Assembly: GCA_000388065.2 (NCBI GenBank)
Contig: KB932203.1
Source: Fonticula alba ATCC 38817
Lineage: Eukaryota; Protista; Nucleariida
Direction: 5' to 3' (one strand)
DNA length: 42,623 bases
The first letter of the stretch is position 1, and each line of letters starts with the position of its first letter. Below the pieces are notes generated by a model that worked only from the letters and a program-made list of their open reading frames with translations, made no database searches and was not told where the DNA came from. A program made the position numbers and the translations under genes. Below, one piece after another: positions 22,287 to 34,904 of this stretch.

Positions 22287-25200
22287 ATGGCGGTGACCGC
22301 GCGCCGCGTGCCCGGGCCAGGTCCCGCGCCGGAGGCCCGGTCATCCTCCCTTCGCATGTGCCTGGTGCTGATGCTGGTGGGAGCCCTGCTGCAAGGGATC
22401 CGGCCACTGGGCGGCTGGGCCGAGGCCGCCATTGCCGGTGATTACGATGCCGACATGCCGCCGCTCCTGGCCATGGCATCCCCCTACGGCTCGGTGTCCG
22501 TCGCCGGGCTCTCCTTCGAGCGCCTGTACCCGACCGAGCCGCCGGTGCAGATTCATCTCCAGAATACCGGGTGCCAGTTTCACGGGCCCGCTATGCAGGA
22601 GGATCTTTTCTTTGATCGGCGTCTGGGCAGCTTCTTCTCCAAGACCCCCTCCGGGAAGGTTGTCCTGGCCGACATCCCGCTCGAGGCAAGCCCATCGATG
22701 CTGGCGATGGCGGCCCCGAGCGGGGGGGAGCCACTCTTTGCCTGGCTGTCCGGGAAGGTGATGGGCTTCTCCTGGCACGCCGACACCATTCAGCACACCT
22801 TCGCCGAGGGGCAGGATCCGAGTTTACTGGCGGCGTCGGCCACCGGGCCAAGCGCCGGCCGGGCCCTGGTCAAGCACGGCAACACCATTAGCTTGATGGT
22901 CCTCGTTCCGGGCGAGATCCAGAAGAGCGGCATGGCCATCGACACCACCGGGGCCGTGGCCGGGCTGCCGGGGCACTTCTTCCTGGCCACGGCCACCGGG
23001 TGGACGTGGTTATTGCCCAACGGTACATTGATCCCGACTCCCCTCAATGAGGCGGTCCTCCGGCTGGCAGCCACGCGGTACCTGACAGCCGATCCCGACC
23101 GGGTGGATTTGGTCGTGGTCACGGCCTCTCGGCTGTTGATCTACCTCGGACTGGGGGATGATGGTACTTGGCAGTCTGTCCTCACCAACTTCCAACCGAC
23201 CTCGCGGAACAATCTCAACCTGTCGCTGGTGCCACGCGTGTCGCTCGCTACACTTCCCACCGGGTACCTGTATCTGCATCAGGGAACGAGTGCGCTGTGG
23301 CGGGTTGTGTACCACCCGACGCGCTTGTTGTGGCAGCGTGTCCTCGGACCCTCGTCCATGACCCTGACGGGGATGGGGCTGGTGCCGGTCCATGGGGCCA
23401 GCGCGCCGGGACAGCCCCCGGAGCAGTGGCGACTGGCGGTCGGCATGCGAACCTTCACCCCGGGCGAGCTGCTCGGCTGTGCCGGGGCCGACCCCTCGAT
23501 CGCGTGTCACCCGACCGAAGCCAAGTGGGAGTGTGCCCCGGGGCGAGTGTACTCGCCTTTGACCTCGTCGGCGGAGCTGTGCGCCGGCTGCGCCGACGGC
23601 TATTACCGGGCGCCACTACCGAAGCAGCAATGTGCGTCCGGACCGTGTGCCTCTTGCTCGCGGGCTTGATGATCGCTTTTGCCGGGGAGGCTTCCTCCTC
23701 CCTTTCTCCCCTTCCTTGCCTCTCTCGCTCCTTTTCTCGCTTTCTCCCTGCCTTGCCCTCCGGCTCTGGCCCTCGCTCGGCCTCCTTTGCACGCGCATGC
23801 ACTCACACACATGTGGCTAACTGCCTTGGACATGGTAATCCTCCAGACCGCTGTTTGCCCTGCCCCGGGGCCGGATGCCGGGCCTGCGTGGCCGGGGTGT
23901 GTGTTGCCTGCGCCGAGGGGTATTTGCTGGAAAGGTCGGCCCATGGCGGCGGGCCGCCGGTCACTCGGTGCGTGAGTGACTGCTCACCGGGCTTCCAGGC
24001 CGAGGGAGCGGTGTGCCGACCGGCGACCATGCCCCCGGTGGCGGTGGCCTTCACGAAGCTGCCCAGCCTGGCCAATGGCCAGACTATCCTGTCGCTGACC
24101 CGGAGCCGGGCCTACGCGCAGGGCGATCAGCTGTACGTGTCGAATGCGTCGCTGGAGGCCCCGGAGCCGGGGGCCCTGTTGGTGATGCTGAGTGACCGTT
24201 CGCTGGGCTTCCTGGACATGGACCAGCTGCTGGCCAGCCCGACAAGCGGCCCAGTGTCTGTGACGGGGATTTCCGGGTCCTTCTTTCCCGTGAGCTCTTC
24301 GACCTCCCTGCTGGAACTCGGACCGGTCGTGCTTCCGCAGGGGGAGGTGCGACTGGCACTGGTGAGCATGCACGGGGGCCAGATCCTCGCTGTGGTATTC
24401 CAATGTGTCCTCTCGGGCTCCGGGCCCGCGGACGAGTGCCAACTGCAGGTGCAATCGACCAGCGGGCCGGCGAACATCTCGGGGACCAACCCGCCGCGGC
24501 GACTGTCGCCGACTGTCCTGGCAGTGGGCAATCAGCATTTCGAGCTCAATGCCGCGGGCAGCTTGGTCACGGTCACCGACCCGGACACCTCTTCCTCGGA
24601 CATTCCCAGCATGGGGACCCATGTGGATCGGCTTACCGGGCTGCCGGCTTCATGGGTCTATCGGATGAGTGGTTCCCAGTTGATTGCCCAGCCGTGGGCC
24701 CTCCTGCGGGTGGGGGACAGCCGGTTGAAGACCGCTGACGGGCTGCTGATCAAGCCCATCAACCCGCTTCCGGCGGAGGGCATGTCTCCGGCTTCGGGTT
24801 CCACGTGTCTTTGGGGTTGCCCGGAGGCCGGTCGGCCGGCCGGGGCAAGTGCCCCCGATGCCGAGGGCCATGCCGATGGCGGCCGCACGGTCCGCAGCCG
24901 AGCCAGCGGGACCGGGAGCTTCTCCTTCGAGCCGACCGGCTCATGGCGGCCGGTGTACCTGGACGCCGGGGCGGCCCGGCGCTCGGGGCCCCTCCCCCCG
25001 GGGGATGTCCTGGTGACTGGGGTCCTCTCGCATGGGGGGACCTGGCACTGGGGCGTGGTGAACTACTCGCTGGGCCTGGAGCCCCAGGGCCGGACCCGAG
25101 CCATTGCCGGGACGTCGGAGCTGCTGGCCCCCGTGGGTCCGCTGGCGGGTGTCACCGGAAATGCGCCCTTCCACGCGGTGGCCCTTCGGCTTGCCGGGCT

Positions 25201-28200
25201 GCCGGAGTACCCCAGCGCCTTGGTGGTGCTGCATCCGGCCTTCTTGGGGGTCATGCTGCTGCACTGCCCCGTCGGGGAGCTGGCCTGTCGGCCAGGGCCA
25301 AGGCATATATCCCCCTACCCGGCCGACTTGGAACAGACTGGCCACGAGTCGCTGGGAGTGGAGCAGCTGGTTGGGCAGCCATCGCGGCTGCCCTCCGGCC
25401 GGCCGGCCAGCATCAACCTGTTGCTGGTGTATCGCGGCTTGCCCGCCACGAGTTTCCTGGTGCAAATGGCCATCGACAGCTGCCCGTCTGGCACGTATGG
25501 GCCTCTGTGCCTGGCTTGCCATGGGTCCTGTCAGACGTGCACCGGCCCGGACGCGGGGGACTGTGTGCTGCCCAAGTGCACGGCCTTCCTGCCCTCGGCC
25601 CCGGGGGTCTGCCTGTCGGCCTGTCCGGCGGGGCTGGTTGCCGATGCGACCGGGGCCTGCCTGTGTCATGGTAGCTGTGCGGCATGTGCGAGCGCGGACG
25701 GCGTGGGGCCCTTCATATGCACGGCATGCCCCTCGGGGATGGCCGTGGCCCCGGCCGGCGAGCAGCAAGCCGGCCAGTGCGTGTCCTGCCATGCGTCCTG
25801 TCGGGAGTGCTCCGCCCCCGGCAGCGCCGGGGCTTGCACCGGCTGCTTGGGCTCGGGGATGTTCCTGCAGCCGGGTGGCATGTGTTCCGGGGCCGTGGAC
25901 TGCCCGGCTGGGACCTGGCCCGATGGATCGATGGACGAGTGTGTCGCCTGTCCGACTGGGTGCTCGGCCTGCCGAGACGCCGTCAAGTGCTCCGCCTGTG
26001 AGGCTGGCTTCCTGTTTGAAAGTGTGATGCAGGTGTGTCTGCCCTGTGCGCCGGAATGCACTGCCTGCGTCGGGGTCCCGGACAACTGCCTGGCCTGTCG
26101 AACGGGGTACCGGTGGGAAGACGGGGCACCGCCAACCGGAACGCCGCCGGCGGGCAAGTGCATCTTTTGTGGCCCCTCGTGCGCCTCCTGCCAGGATGAT
26201 GGCCAGTGCCTGGCATGCACCAACGGAAAGCTCCTGACGCCGGCCGGCACATGTACGGCCACATGCCCGAGTGGCACGGGCCCTGTCGCCGGGGGGGCCG
26301 TCTGCGGGCCGTGCCACGACACGTGCAGTCTCTGCACGATGGCCGGCGTGGCTGATTCCTGCGTGGCCTGTGTGCAGGGGGGTCTTCTTCTCCGGCACAC
26401 TGAGGGGGCCAGCTGTGTGGAAAATTGCCCGAACAAGTAGTGGCCGGTTGACGGGCAGTGCGTCACCTGCGAGGCCGGGCTGCATTTGATGCCCGAGGCG
26501 GGTGGCATGAGCTGTGTGGAAGCCTGCCCGGAGGGGCACTGGTCGTCGGGCGGGTTGTGCACCGTCTGCGGGGATGGCTGCCAGGCCTGTTCGGAGGCTT
26601 CGAAATGTGACCGATGCCAGGAGCAGCACTTCGCGGATGGCAATGGGGCATGTCGCCAGTGCGGTGACATGTGCGCCTCTTGCAGTGGCCCCCAGACGTG
26701 CGATGCCTGCCTGCCGGGGGGGTACTTCCTGAGCCCGGATGCTCAGGTGGCGTCGCCCTGTGTGGGGGTGTGCCCGGAGGGGCGGTTTGCCGATGCGGTG
26801 TCCGGCCGGTGTGCCTCCTGCCCGACCGAGTGCGGAACGTGTGTCAGCGCGGTCGAGTGCGATTCCTGTGCCCCGGGTCACGGGTGGATTCCCCGGTCGG
26901 CGGTCGAGTGCTCGGCGTGCCCGGAAAAGTGCGACTCCTGTGCCCGGAGCACCGCCTGTGACACTTGCGCGGAGGGGTTCTTCGTGACATCGACCGGCGG
27001 ATGTGCGGCCACCTGCCCGGCGGGGGCCTTCGCCGATGTGGCCACCGGCCGGTGTGCTCCGTGCGATGCGACCTGCTCCAGGTGTGAGGGTGCCTCGGCT
27101 TGCAGCACGTGCGAGGAGCCACTGGTCTTCCTGGGTGCCATTGGGCAGTCCCTGTGCGTGGGGGTGTGCCCGGCCGGGCTGTTCGCCGAGGCCGGCCGGT
27201 GCATGGAGTGCCATGCGTCGTGCGATCTGTGCACCGGGGCCGCGAACCGGTGCCAGGCGTGTGCGCCGGGGTTCCGCTGGGCCGACGGTGCGCCCGGGGC
27301 CGGGGGCAGCGGCATGTGCACCGCCTGCCCGGACGGCTGTCGAGCATGCGACCGGGACATTTGCATCGACTGCGAGGAGGAGCTCTTCCTCACTCACCAG
27401 GGGGCTTGCGTGGCGGAGTGCCCGGCGGGGACCTTCGGCGATGGCCAGTCCATGACATGCCAGCCGTGTGCGCTGGAATGCGACACCTGCGCGGGCGACG
27501 GGGCCGGCCGGTGCACCGCCTGTTCGCCGGGGCTGGATGCCGTCCCGGCGGAGGGGCCATGGGTGACATGCGTGCCGGCCTGCGACCCGGGGAAGTACCG
27601 GGACCCGGTGGGACAGCAGTGCGTCTCGTGCGACGCATCGTGCCTGACATGCAACGGCCCGTCCGATGGCGACTGCTGGCAGTGCCCGGCCAATGGCCAA
27701 GTCCTGCAGGATGGCATGTGTCAAATTGAGTGTGCGCCGGGCTTCGTCCCGGTGGCCGGGCGCTGCCTGCCCTGCCATGCGTCATGCCGGACATGCTCCG
27801 GGCGCCGGCTGGACGAGTGCACCGAATGCCGGGAGGGCTTGCAGGCCCTGCCGGCGGATGGCCCGACCGGCCGGTGCGTCAACGCCTGCCCCCTGGGCAG
27901 CAGCCAAACCGCCTCCGGGTGCGTGGCCTGTGGGGCCCATTGCAGCAGCTGCCCCGACGGGGCGGCCATGTGCTCGGTGTGCGCGCGTGGTTGGCTCCGG
28001 GCGGGGGGGGCATGCATCGAGGCGTGCCCGGGCCGGAGCTTCCCCTTCGGCGGCCAGTGCGACCAGTGCCATGAGTCGTGTTCCACATGCAGCAAGCATG
28101 GCCCGGAGCACTGCCTCGCGTGCGAGGTGGCCACCCGGCTGCTGTATGATGGCCAGTGCATGGTGGCCTGCCCGGTGGGGACCTTCCCGGAGGCGATGTC

Positions 28201-30551
28201 CTGCCTCCGGTGCCACGCGACGTGTGCCTCATGCACCGGGCCCCGGAGCACCGAGTGCACGAGCTGCCATGCGGGCGGATTTCTCCATGACAATGCCTGC
28301 CTGTCCGCCTGCCTGGCCGGGTATTATGGCGACGCGCATGGAGCGTGCCATCGGTGTCATGAGTCGTGCTTGACCTGCACCGGGCCCGGGTCGAAGGGGT
28401 GCACTGCATGCCGGGATCCGGGGCTGCTAGACCGGGGCCAGTGTGTGGCCGACTGCCCGGCGGGGCGTTACTCCTGCATGGGGTCGTGCGCGGCCTGCGG
28501 CGAGCAGTGCGCCCGGTGCACGGCCATGGCCAATGGAGCTGAGCCCGGCTGCCGGGGGGCCTGCGACGAATGTGAGCCGGGCTCGGTGCTGGCCTTCGCC
28601 AGTGGCCAATGTGTGGACACCTGCCCGGAGGGGGAGTTCCAGCAGGCCACGGGCGTCTGTGCGCCATGTGAGAGTCCCTGCCACACGTGTGATGGCGAGG
28701 CGACCCGGTGCACCTCGTGCCGAGATGCGTCACTGTGGCTGCATGTGGACGCCGGCGTTTGCGCCAGCGAATGCCCCGAGAGGGGCCGGGCTCCGGCAGA
28801 GCTGACCCCCGGGCCGGGGCGCGTGTGCCTGCCCTGTCCGCGGGACTGCCTGCGGTGCGAGTATGCTGCGCAGGGTGGGTGCCTCCTCCGGCCGGGCGGG
28901 GCGGCGGCCTGCCCGGCCGGAGTGGTGTGCACTTGGTGCGATGAGTCCTTCCTCCGGGGAGCGGATGGCGCGTGTGTGGCCGACTGCCCGGCGGCCGGGT
29001 TCTTCGCCGATAGGGAGGCCGCCCCGCCGGCATGCATGGCCTGTCACGCCCGGTGCGAGGCCTGCACCGGGCCCGACGCCGAGGACTGTCTGGCTGGTGG
29101 GTGGTCCGGTCGGCGGGTGGGTATGTGCCGCTTGGGCAAGTGGGCTGGGGGATTTCATTGGCCCTGTTGTTTCTTGATCGGCCACTGACTTGATGCCTTC
29201 CCCTCCCCCCTCCCCGAAGCCCTGGCCCTGGGCCTCGGTCTGGGCCTGCTGCTGCTGGTGCTGCTGGCGCTGCTGGTGGTATTTCTCTTTGTGCGACTGC
29301 GCCGCCGGCGAGGCGCCCGCGCCAAGGTACGACCGGGCCAGGGCCTCGGCCTGGCTCGCTGCCTTGCGTTTACCCCCCCCCCCCCCCCCCCGTCGGCCCC
29401 CTTGGCGGGTTGTGGTGACACTGACCGGCCTCTTTGCCGCTTGCCCATCGGACGCACGCAGGAAAACCTCGACGCCCTGGACGACGACTCGACCATGATG
29501 AACACGATCGTGGAGCTGTCGCTTCCCGGGAGCATTTTGGTGAATGTGGCGCAGGACTTTGCCCCGATCGGGGGGGACCCGCTCGGGGCCGGGACCCAGG
29601 CGTCGGTGTTCGCCGCGCGGGTCGTCGGGCCCGGCATCGGCGAGCGTCTGGGCTGCACGGGCACGGTGGCCATCAAGCAGATGAAGGTGGCCCGGATGCG
29701 ACCTGCACAGCATGCCCTCTTCCAGGGGGAGGTGGCACTGATGTGGCTGCTGCGCGAGGCGCCGAATGTGGTCCGGCTGTATGGGTACAGCGAGCAGCCG
29801 CCGGCCATCGTGATGGAGTGCTTCGAGACGGATCTCCGGGAGCTGCTGCACTCGGAGGTGCCGCTGGCCGAGGCCAGCCTGCTGGACATCTGCCAGCAGT
29901 GGGCCTCCGGGCTGGAGGCCATGCACCTGGCCGGGGTGGCGCACTGCGACCTGAAGCCGGGGAATGTCTTCATCAGCCCGGGGCCCGGGGCCGGGTGGCG
30001 GGCGGCCCTCAGGGACCTGGGCACCAGCCGGAACCTGAATGCCAACCGGATGTCGGCCCTCGTGAGCCGGGCGCCGGAGCTGAATGCGCTGACCGCACGG
30101 TATGCCGGGCCGGAGGTCCTGGCGGCCTTCCGCCACAAGCGCTCCATGGACCCTGCGCTCTTCCTGATGGCCGATGTCTACAGTGCGGCCATCATGCTGT
30201 GGGAGTGCCTGACTCGCCGTCTGCCGTGGGCCGGTGCGTATGCCCGGGGGCTTTTTTTTTCTTTCCCTCCTTCCCCTGGCCGGGCGGACTCGTCTGTATG
30301 CTCTAACACGCCTGCTTCCGGGCCCGGGTGGGTGGGGGGTGCTGTGCGCGGCTCGGCCAGGCATGGGCTTCGAGGACATTGCGTCGAGCGTGCTGGCGGG
30401 CGAGCGTCCGGCTGTTTCCTTCTCCGGTCCCCTGGCCGACCTGCTGGCGATGGCGTGGGACGGCGAGCCGCACAGCCGGCCTCCGGTGGTGGCCCTCCGG
30501 CAGAAGCTGGCCATGGCGTGTATCGCGGCCTCGAATGCCTCGTCGGAGTAA
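22287..30551 (+). CDS. Receptor-like TKL kinase with furin-like Cys-rich ectodomain (kinase 2), interrupted by one in-frame TAG (possible pseudogene, readthrough gene or sequence error); join(22287..23631,23847..29120,29220..29326,29462..30233,30361..30551), 2562 codons
   Basis: GTCAGCATGG start; hydrophobic signal MCLVLMLVGALL (ATG 22356 is an alternative). Introns: 23632-23846 (GTGCGT/CTAAC/CAG), 29121-29219 (GTATGT/CTGAC/AAG), 29327-29461 (GTACGA/CTGAC/CAG), 30234-30360 (GTGCGT/CTAAC/CAG). Exons sum to 7689 nt, a multiple of 3. TM LALGLGLGLLLLVLLALLVVFLFV; kinase GAGTQA, VAIK, HCDLKPGN, DLG, YAGPE, DVYS. Colinear with kinase 1 throughout. An automated annotation could split it into 22287..26440 and 26489..30551. 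Confidence 0.88.
26438..26440 (+). other. In-frame TAG inside a furin-like repeat of kinase 2
   Basis: CCG AAC AAG TAG TGG CCG GTT GAC GGG CAG TGC GTC ACC TGC reads PNK*WPVDGQCVTC. ORFs 23168..26440 and 26486..29188 share one frame and the repeat pattern continues across the stop. Confidence 0.9.
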
Positions 30552-33500
30552 ATGACACTTGTGAGCTTCTCTCTGCGGCTGCCCTCCCCCTCTCGGGCTC
30601 TCATATGTGTCTTGCGGGCACATGCGCGCGAGTGACGCGTCCAAAGGGAGGCCACGGGCCCCGGCCAGGGGAGTGTGCTCTGCGTGGGGTCGACACGCGG
30701 GGATAGCTTTCCTAGCAGGGGGGGGGGGCGGGGGGCGTGCCCGGTTTCCCCCTGTCGTGTACCTTTGAGCCCTGGGTTGTGGACGGCAGGTCGCGTGTCC
30801 ACGCATGGTTGTTTGCGATTGCCAGGCCGACCGCCGGCCCGGGTGCCATGCATGGGAGGTGGCAGCGGAGCGAGCTCGGTGCTCGGCAAAGCGAGGCGCC
30901 ACTCGATGCGGCTCGCCCTTTCGAGGGGTATTCCCCTTGGGGGTGGGCATGGGGGAACCCATCGGTCTGGGGTCTTTGCCGCGGATCCCGCATCCAGATC
31001 GGGTGGGGTATGGGCGGATGGCAATGAGCAGGGCATCTTCGGCGCGATGCGAGCTGCCCGCTCCCTCGGAGGCCCGCCGGGCGCGGCAGTTCCATTCCTG
31101 GCTGTGCCAGGGGCACATGGGCTCGCGAGGTGTCCCCTTGTGCCGGTGGCGCCTCGCCCTGCGCGATGCAGGCTAAAAAAGGTGCCTTGCCCCCTGGATG
31201 CGCAAGGGGCGCCGGGCCTTGGAGGCGTCAGGACACCTCGGGGAGGGGGCGTGGATTTGCCTGTGCCGGGCGCCATCGGGTCCGGGGCCCTGAGCGACAC
31301 GGGCCCCCATTTCCTGGCTCCGCATGAGTCGGATGAGAAGGGACCGTTGGCCGGGTGCCCCTTGCCGGCCGCCGAGGAGGACATCTGCCGGGGTCGCCCT
31401 CCGGGCCTTCCAGGACCGAATGCAAGGGAGCACGCCTGGCCGTCTGGCTGCGAGGGTGCCCCTGATTGGCGAAGCTCGCTTGGGACATCGGGATGCACCC
31501 GAAAGGGGAGGCGGGGCGCGAACATGGCAGACCCACGTGGCTCCGGGCGCCAGGGGTGAAGCAGCAGCCCGGCGTTTTGGTTAGGGCCGGGCCCGCGGCC
31601 CGGAGAGGGTGCCCCGCATGGGGGCCACTGGCAAAAGGTGGAGGCCGGGCCGTGGCGGCGGGCGGCGGACAGCCGAGCTGCGCCGATGTGCCCGCCGGGC
31701 CGGGGCGCGGGCCGGTGGCCCGGGGCCGGGAGTTGGCGTTCGGCCCTTGGAGCATGGGCACCGGGTGCCGGCCGTGGTCCCGGCGGTGGCCCGGCCACCG
31801 GGGACAAGGTGTTCGACCGCTCCGTCAGGGTCGGTCCCTTGGGAGGCCGAACAGGGATGCTGGCGAGGCTGGGCCCGCTCGAGTGGCAGCTGCCGCCCAG
31901 GCGCCAGGACCCAGTCGGGTGGCCAGGTGGATGCATGGGATGTGCCGGCGGGCTTGGGGCATGGGGCGCGGGGTTCTGCCGGGCAGGCGGCACGGCATGC
32001 CTCCACATGCGGGAGCCAGTCCGGGCTTGGGCTGGACGGCGCAGTGTCCATGGGCATGCCGCGCGCCGGGGGGTGTCTCTCGGGCGGGAGATGCCAGGAG
32101 CTGGGCAGTTGGCCACACAAGCGCCGTCCGCGGCCAGGATGCAGGGCCTCGGGGAAGGGCATTTCGGCGTCATCCGGCGAAACTCTCCTGGGCGAGCGCC
32201 ACACGGGCTCGGTGGTCTCGCAGTGCCTCGCGGAGCCGCGCCCGGCTCCTCCCCCCCCCCCCCCTGCGCGCCGGTGCAAAGGGCACGCAGGGCCGCGGAG
32301 GATGCACATACACGGCGCGCCCGGTCGAGCCAGGACCGCCTCGGGCAGGACCTCCTGGCGGCCAAGATCTCGGACGCACCGGGTCACGGTGGTACCCGGA
32401 GCGGAGGGCGGTACTCTGCGTGCCCAGGGGGGGGGGGGGGGATCAGCCAGTGGGCAGATCGATGCAGGCGCCTGGCGCGGAGCGGCCGCCGGGTAGATTG
32501 GGCACATGGTGCTCGGAAGGCCGGAGCACCGGCCGCAGGACGAGGGCGACTTGGCCGGAAGGGGCCTCTCACGGCTGGCTGGGCAGACTCGCCATCCTGC
32601 ACGCAAATGTCAGCCGGCAGGTAGACGCCCTTCCACCACGGCGCGAGTCAGGGCCGACGGCGGGAGGGGGGGGGGGGGATCCAACTGGAGGTGGCCGCCG
32701 GGGGGGCCGGTCCGGCTGTTCCTCACTGCCGGATGGATGGTGCCGAGCCGGGCCCGAGGCGCCGTTCTGCTCGGGCCGAATCCCGGGGCCCGAGGGGGCG
32801 GGCGGTGCACTGGCCGCGTGGCCGGCCGGCCCGGCTCGTCCAAAGTGTGGGTCCCGGCTGTGGACCTGTCACTGCCGAGGCGCAGTGCGACTGTCGCGCC
32901 CGGGCGGGGGGCGTGCTGGTGTCTGGGCTGGCTCGTCCAGGGGCGTGGGCTCCAGTCGATGGGCGGGTGCCTGAGCACGGGCCCACAAGTGCTTGGGAGG
33001 GGGCTTTTTTGTGTATCATCCAGGGGCCCAGCTTGCGGGAGGGACGCTTGCCCATTGTCCCGGATTGGTGTTGAGCCGAGTGGGGGCGGTGGGNNNNNNN
33101 NNNNNNNNNNNNNNNNNNGGGGGGGGGGGCGCGGAAGGGCGGAGGGACAGGGCGTTCGATATGGGTTGCTTTGATCGGTCAGCCGGGGGGGACGGTCGAT
33201 ACACGGGTCCCGGCTGGTAGATGGCGCTGGCACACCACCACCGGCAGGAGGTGTGGTCGGTCCATCCGGTGCCACGATCTCGCATCCGCGGGGCAGATCC
33301 GGCTGGCGGGACGAGGATCATGGCCGGGCCCCAGGGAGGGCATGGTTGCTGGGCACATGGGCGATCGGTGCAGGGCGCTTCCTTCTGAGAGGAGCGGGGC
33401 CGCTCCGACGGCGGACGCGCGGGAAGGAAAAGGAAGACGGTCCATGGGATGTGCCTGGGGCGGCGTGGGACACAAGGGCGCCGGTATGCGCAGGCAGCTG

Positions 33501-33852
33501 GTCCAGGGGGGAAGACCCACGGCACGGATTGCGGCATGGATCCCTGCCACTCTTGGATCTGGGAAAATGTGCATGATGGTCCCAGGAGGCATGGAACCAT
33601 CATGCGCGGGGGGGGGGGGGAAATGTGAGAAGGAGCCGTATTTGGGAAATAAAAAAGAATGCAAAAAGACAGAACATTGTGTACCTCACTGTCTGGGGAA
33701 TGTGGCCGCGCTGCGAAAGCAGAATCATCTCGCGGGAAGGCGGCCCGGGCCGCGATGCTTTGCAGGGCGTCGCATCATGAGTGCCAACGTAGGGCGGGTG
33801 CGTATCTTGCGATCGCGGCGAGTGTTGTTGGACAGGCGCGTTTCCGCGGGAC

Positions 33853-33962
33853 NNNNNNNNNNNNNNNNNNNNNNNNNNNNNNNNNNNNNNNNNNNNNNNN
33901 NNNNNNNNNNNNNNNNNNNNNNNNNNNNNNNNNNNNNNNNNNNNNNNNNNNNNNNNNNNNNN
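33853..33962. other. Assembly gap (110 N); smaller gaps at 4238-4247, 19400-19409, 21050-21059 and 33094-33118
   Basis: N runs; several adjoin G homopolymers. Confidence 0.98.
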
Positions 33963-34864
33963 CCCTCTCTCCCTCCCCCTCTCTCCCTCTCTCCCGCGAA
34001 ACATCCACACATACACATGTCCAGGCACAGGGGGCGCCTTGGGGCGAGAGTACCCCCCGAGCATCGCCAAAAGGAGGGCTTCATCCGCCCGTGGTCCTTC
34101 GGTCCTGACTGACGTTGGCCAAGGTGCCGGATCTCTTGGGGTTTTTGCATTTTTCGGCGGCCGGTCGAGGAAGCGTGCAGTTCGTGTGCTGGCTCTCCTG
34201 GGCGAAGGGGGGCGACATGGGCCTTGTCGCTGGCCGCACTCTCTCCGCCCGGGCACCGGGGCCGGCGTTCCGCTTGCCGCCGCATGGGGGAGGCTCGCAC
34301 GCCCAGCTGGTGGGTCGAAAGATTCCCTAGCCGGGTCTCACGAACCCCCTGAGATTTTCACATGTCGGGCTCGATCCTCGGACGGTGTCTGGGGGGGGCG
34401 GGGTTGATTGGTAGTGCCGTCGGAAGAGCGCCCGGCATTCCGGCCTCGCGCTGGCAAGGAAAGCCTGGGGGGCCGCCCGGTGCGGGTGCACATGCCCCGG
34501 GACAAGATTATCGCGCGTCGGGCGGTTTCCGTCCGCGGCTGAGCCTCCCCTCGGGCAGGGAGGGTCGAATGTCCGCCGGGGAGTGGGCGACGTGTGTCTG
34601 TGTGTATTTGTGTTTGAGTGCGTGATGAGGGCCTCTCAAGATGGGGGGTGCGGTGGGCGAGGAAGGCGAAGTCAATAGCCGGGAGGAGCGAGTCATGGAG
34701 CAACGGCCGGAGGAGCCATGTTTGTGCGCCCCGAAGTGGCGAAAGCCGTCCCCCTGGTTGGGGGCCTTTGCCACTGGCGGGGCCAGGGGCGTCATTTTTC
34801 CGCGGCGGACCTCGATGCGGTGGCCAGGAGACCGGGCCGGCTCTTCGCGGCATTTCTCCACAGG

Positions 34865-34866
34865 GC

Positions 34867-34900
<34 letters not shown>

Positions 34901-34904
34901 CCTC
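34865..34904. repeat. (CT)n microsatellite
   Basis: ctctctctgtctctctctctctctctctctctctccctct. Confidence 0.85.

Noticed and set aside
26438-26440. TAG codon reassignment (alternative genetic code) as the explanation for the internal stop
   Set aside because: Only one in-frame TAG occurs in roughly 6000 modelled codons; a reassigned codon should interrupt the long ORFs repeatedly.
26437-26458. Mini-intron GTAGTG...GGGCAG removing the stop
   Set aside because: It is 22 nt long, would shift the frame, and would delete residues that fit the repeat consensus.
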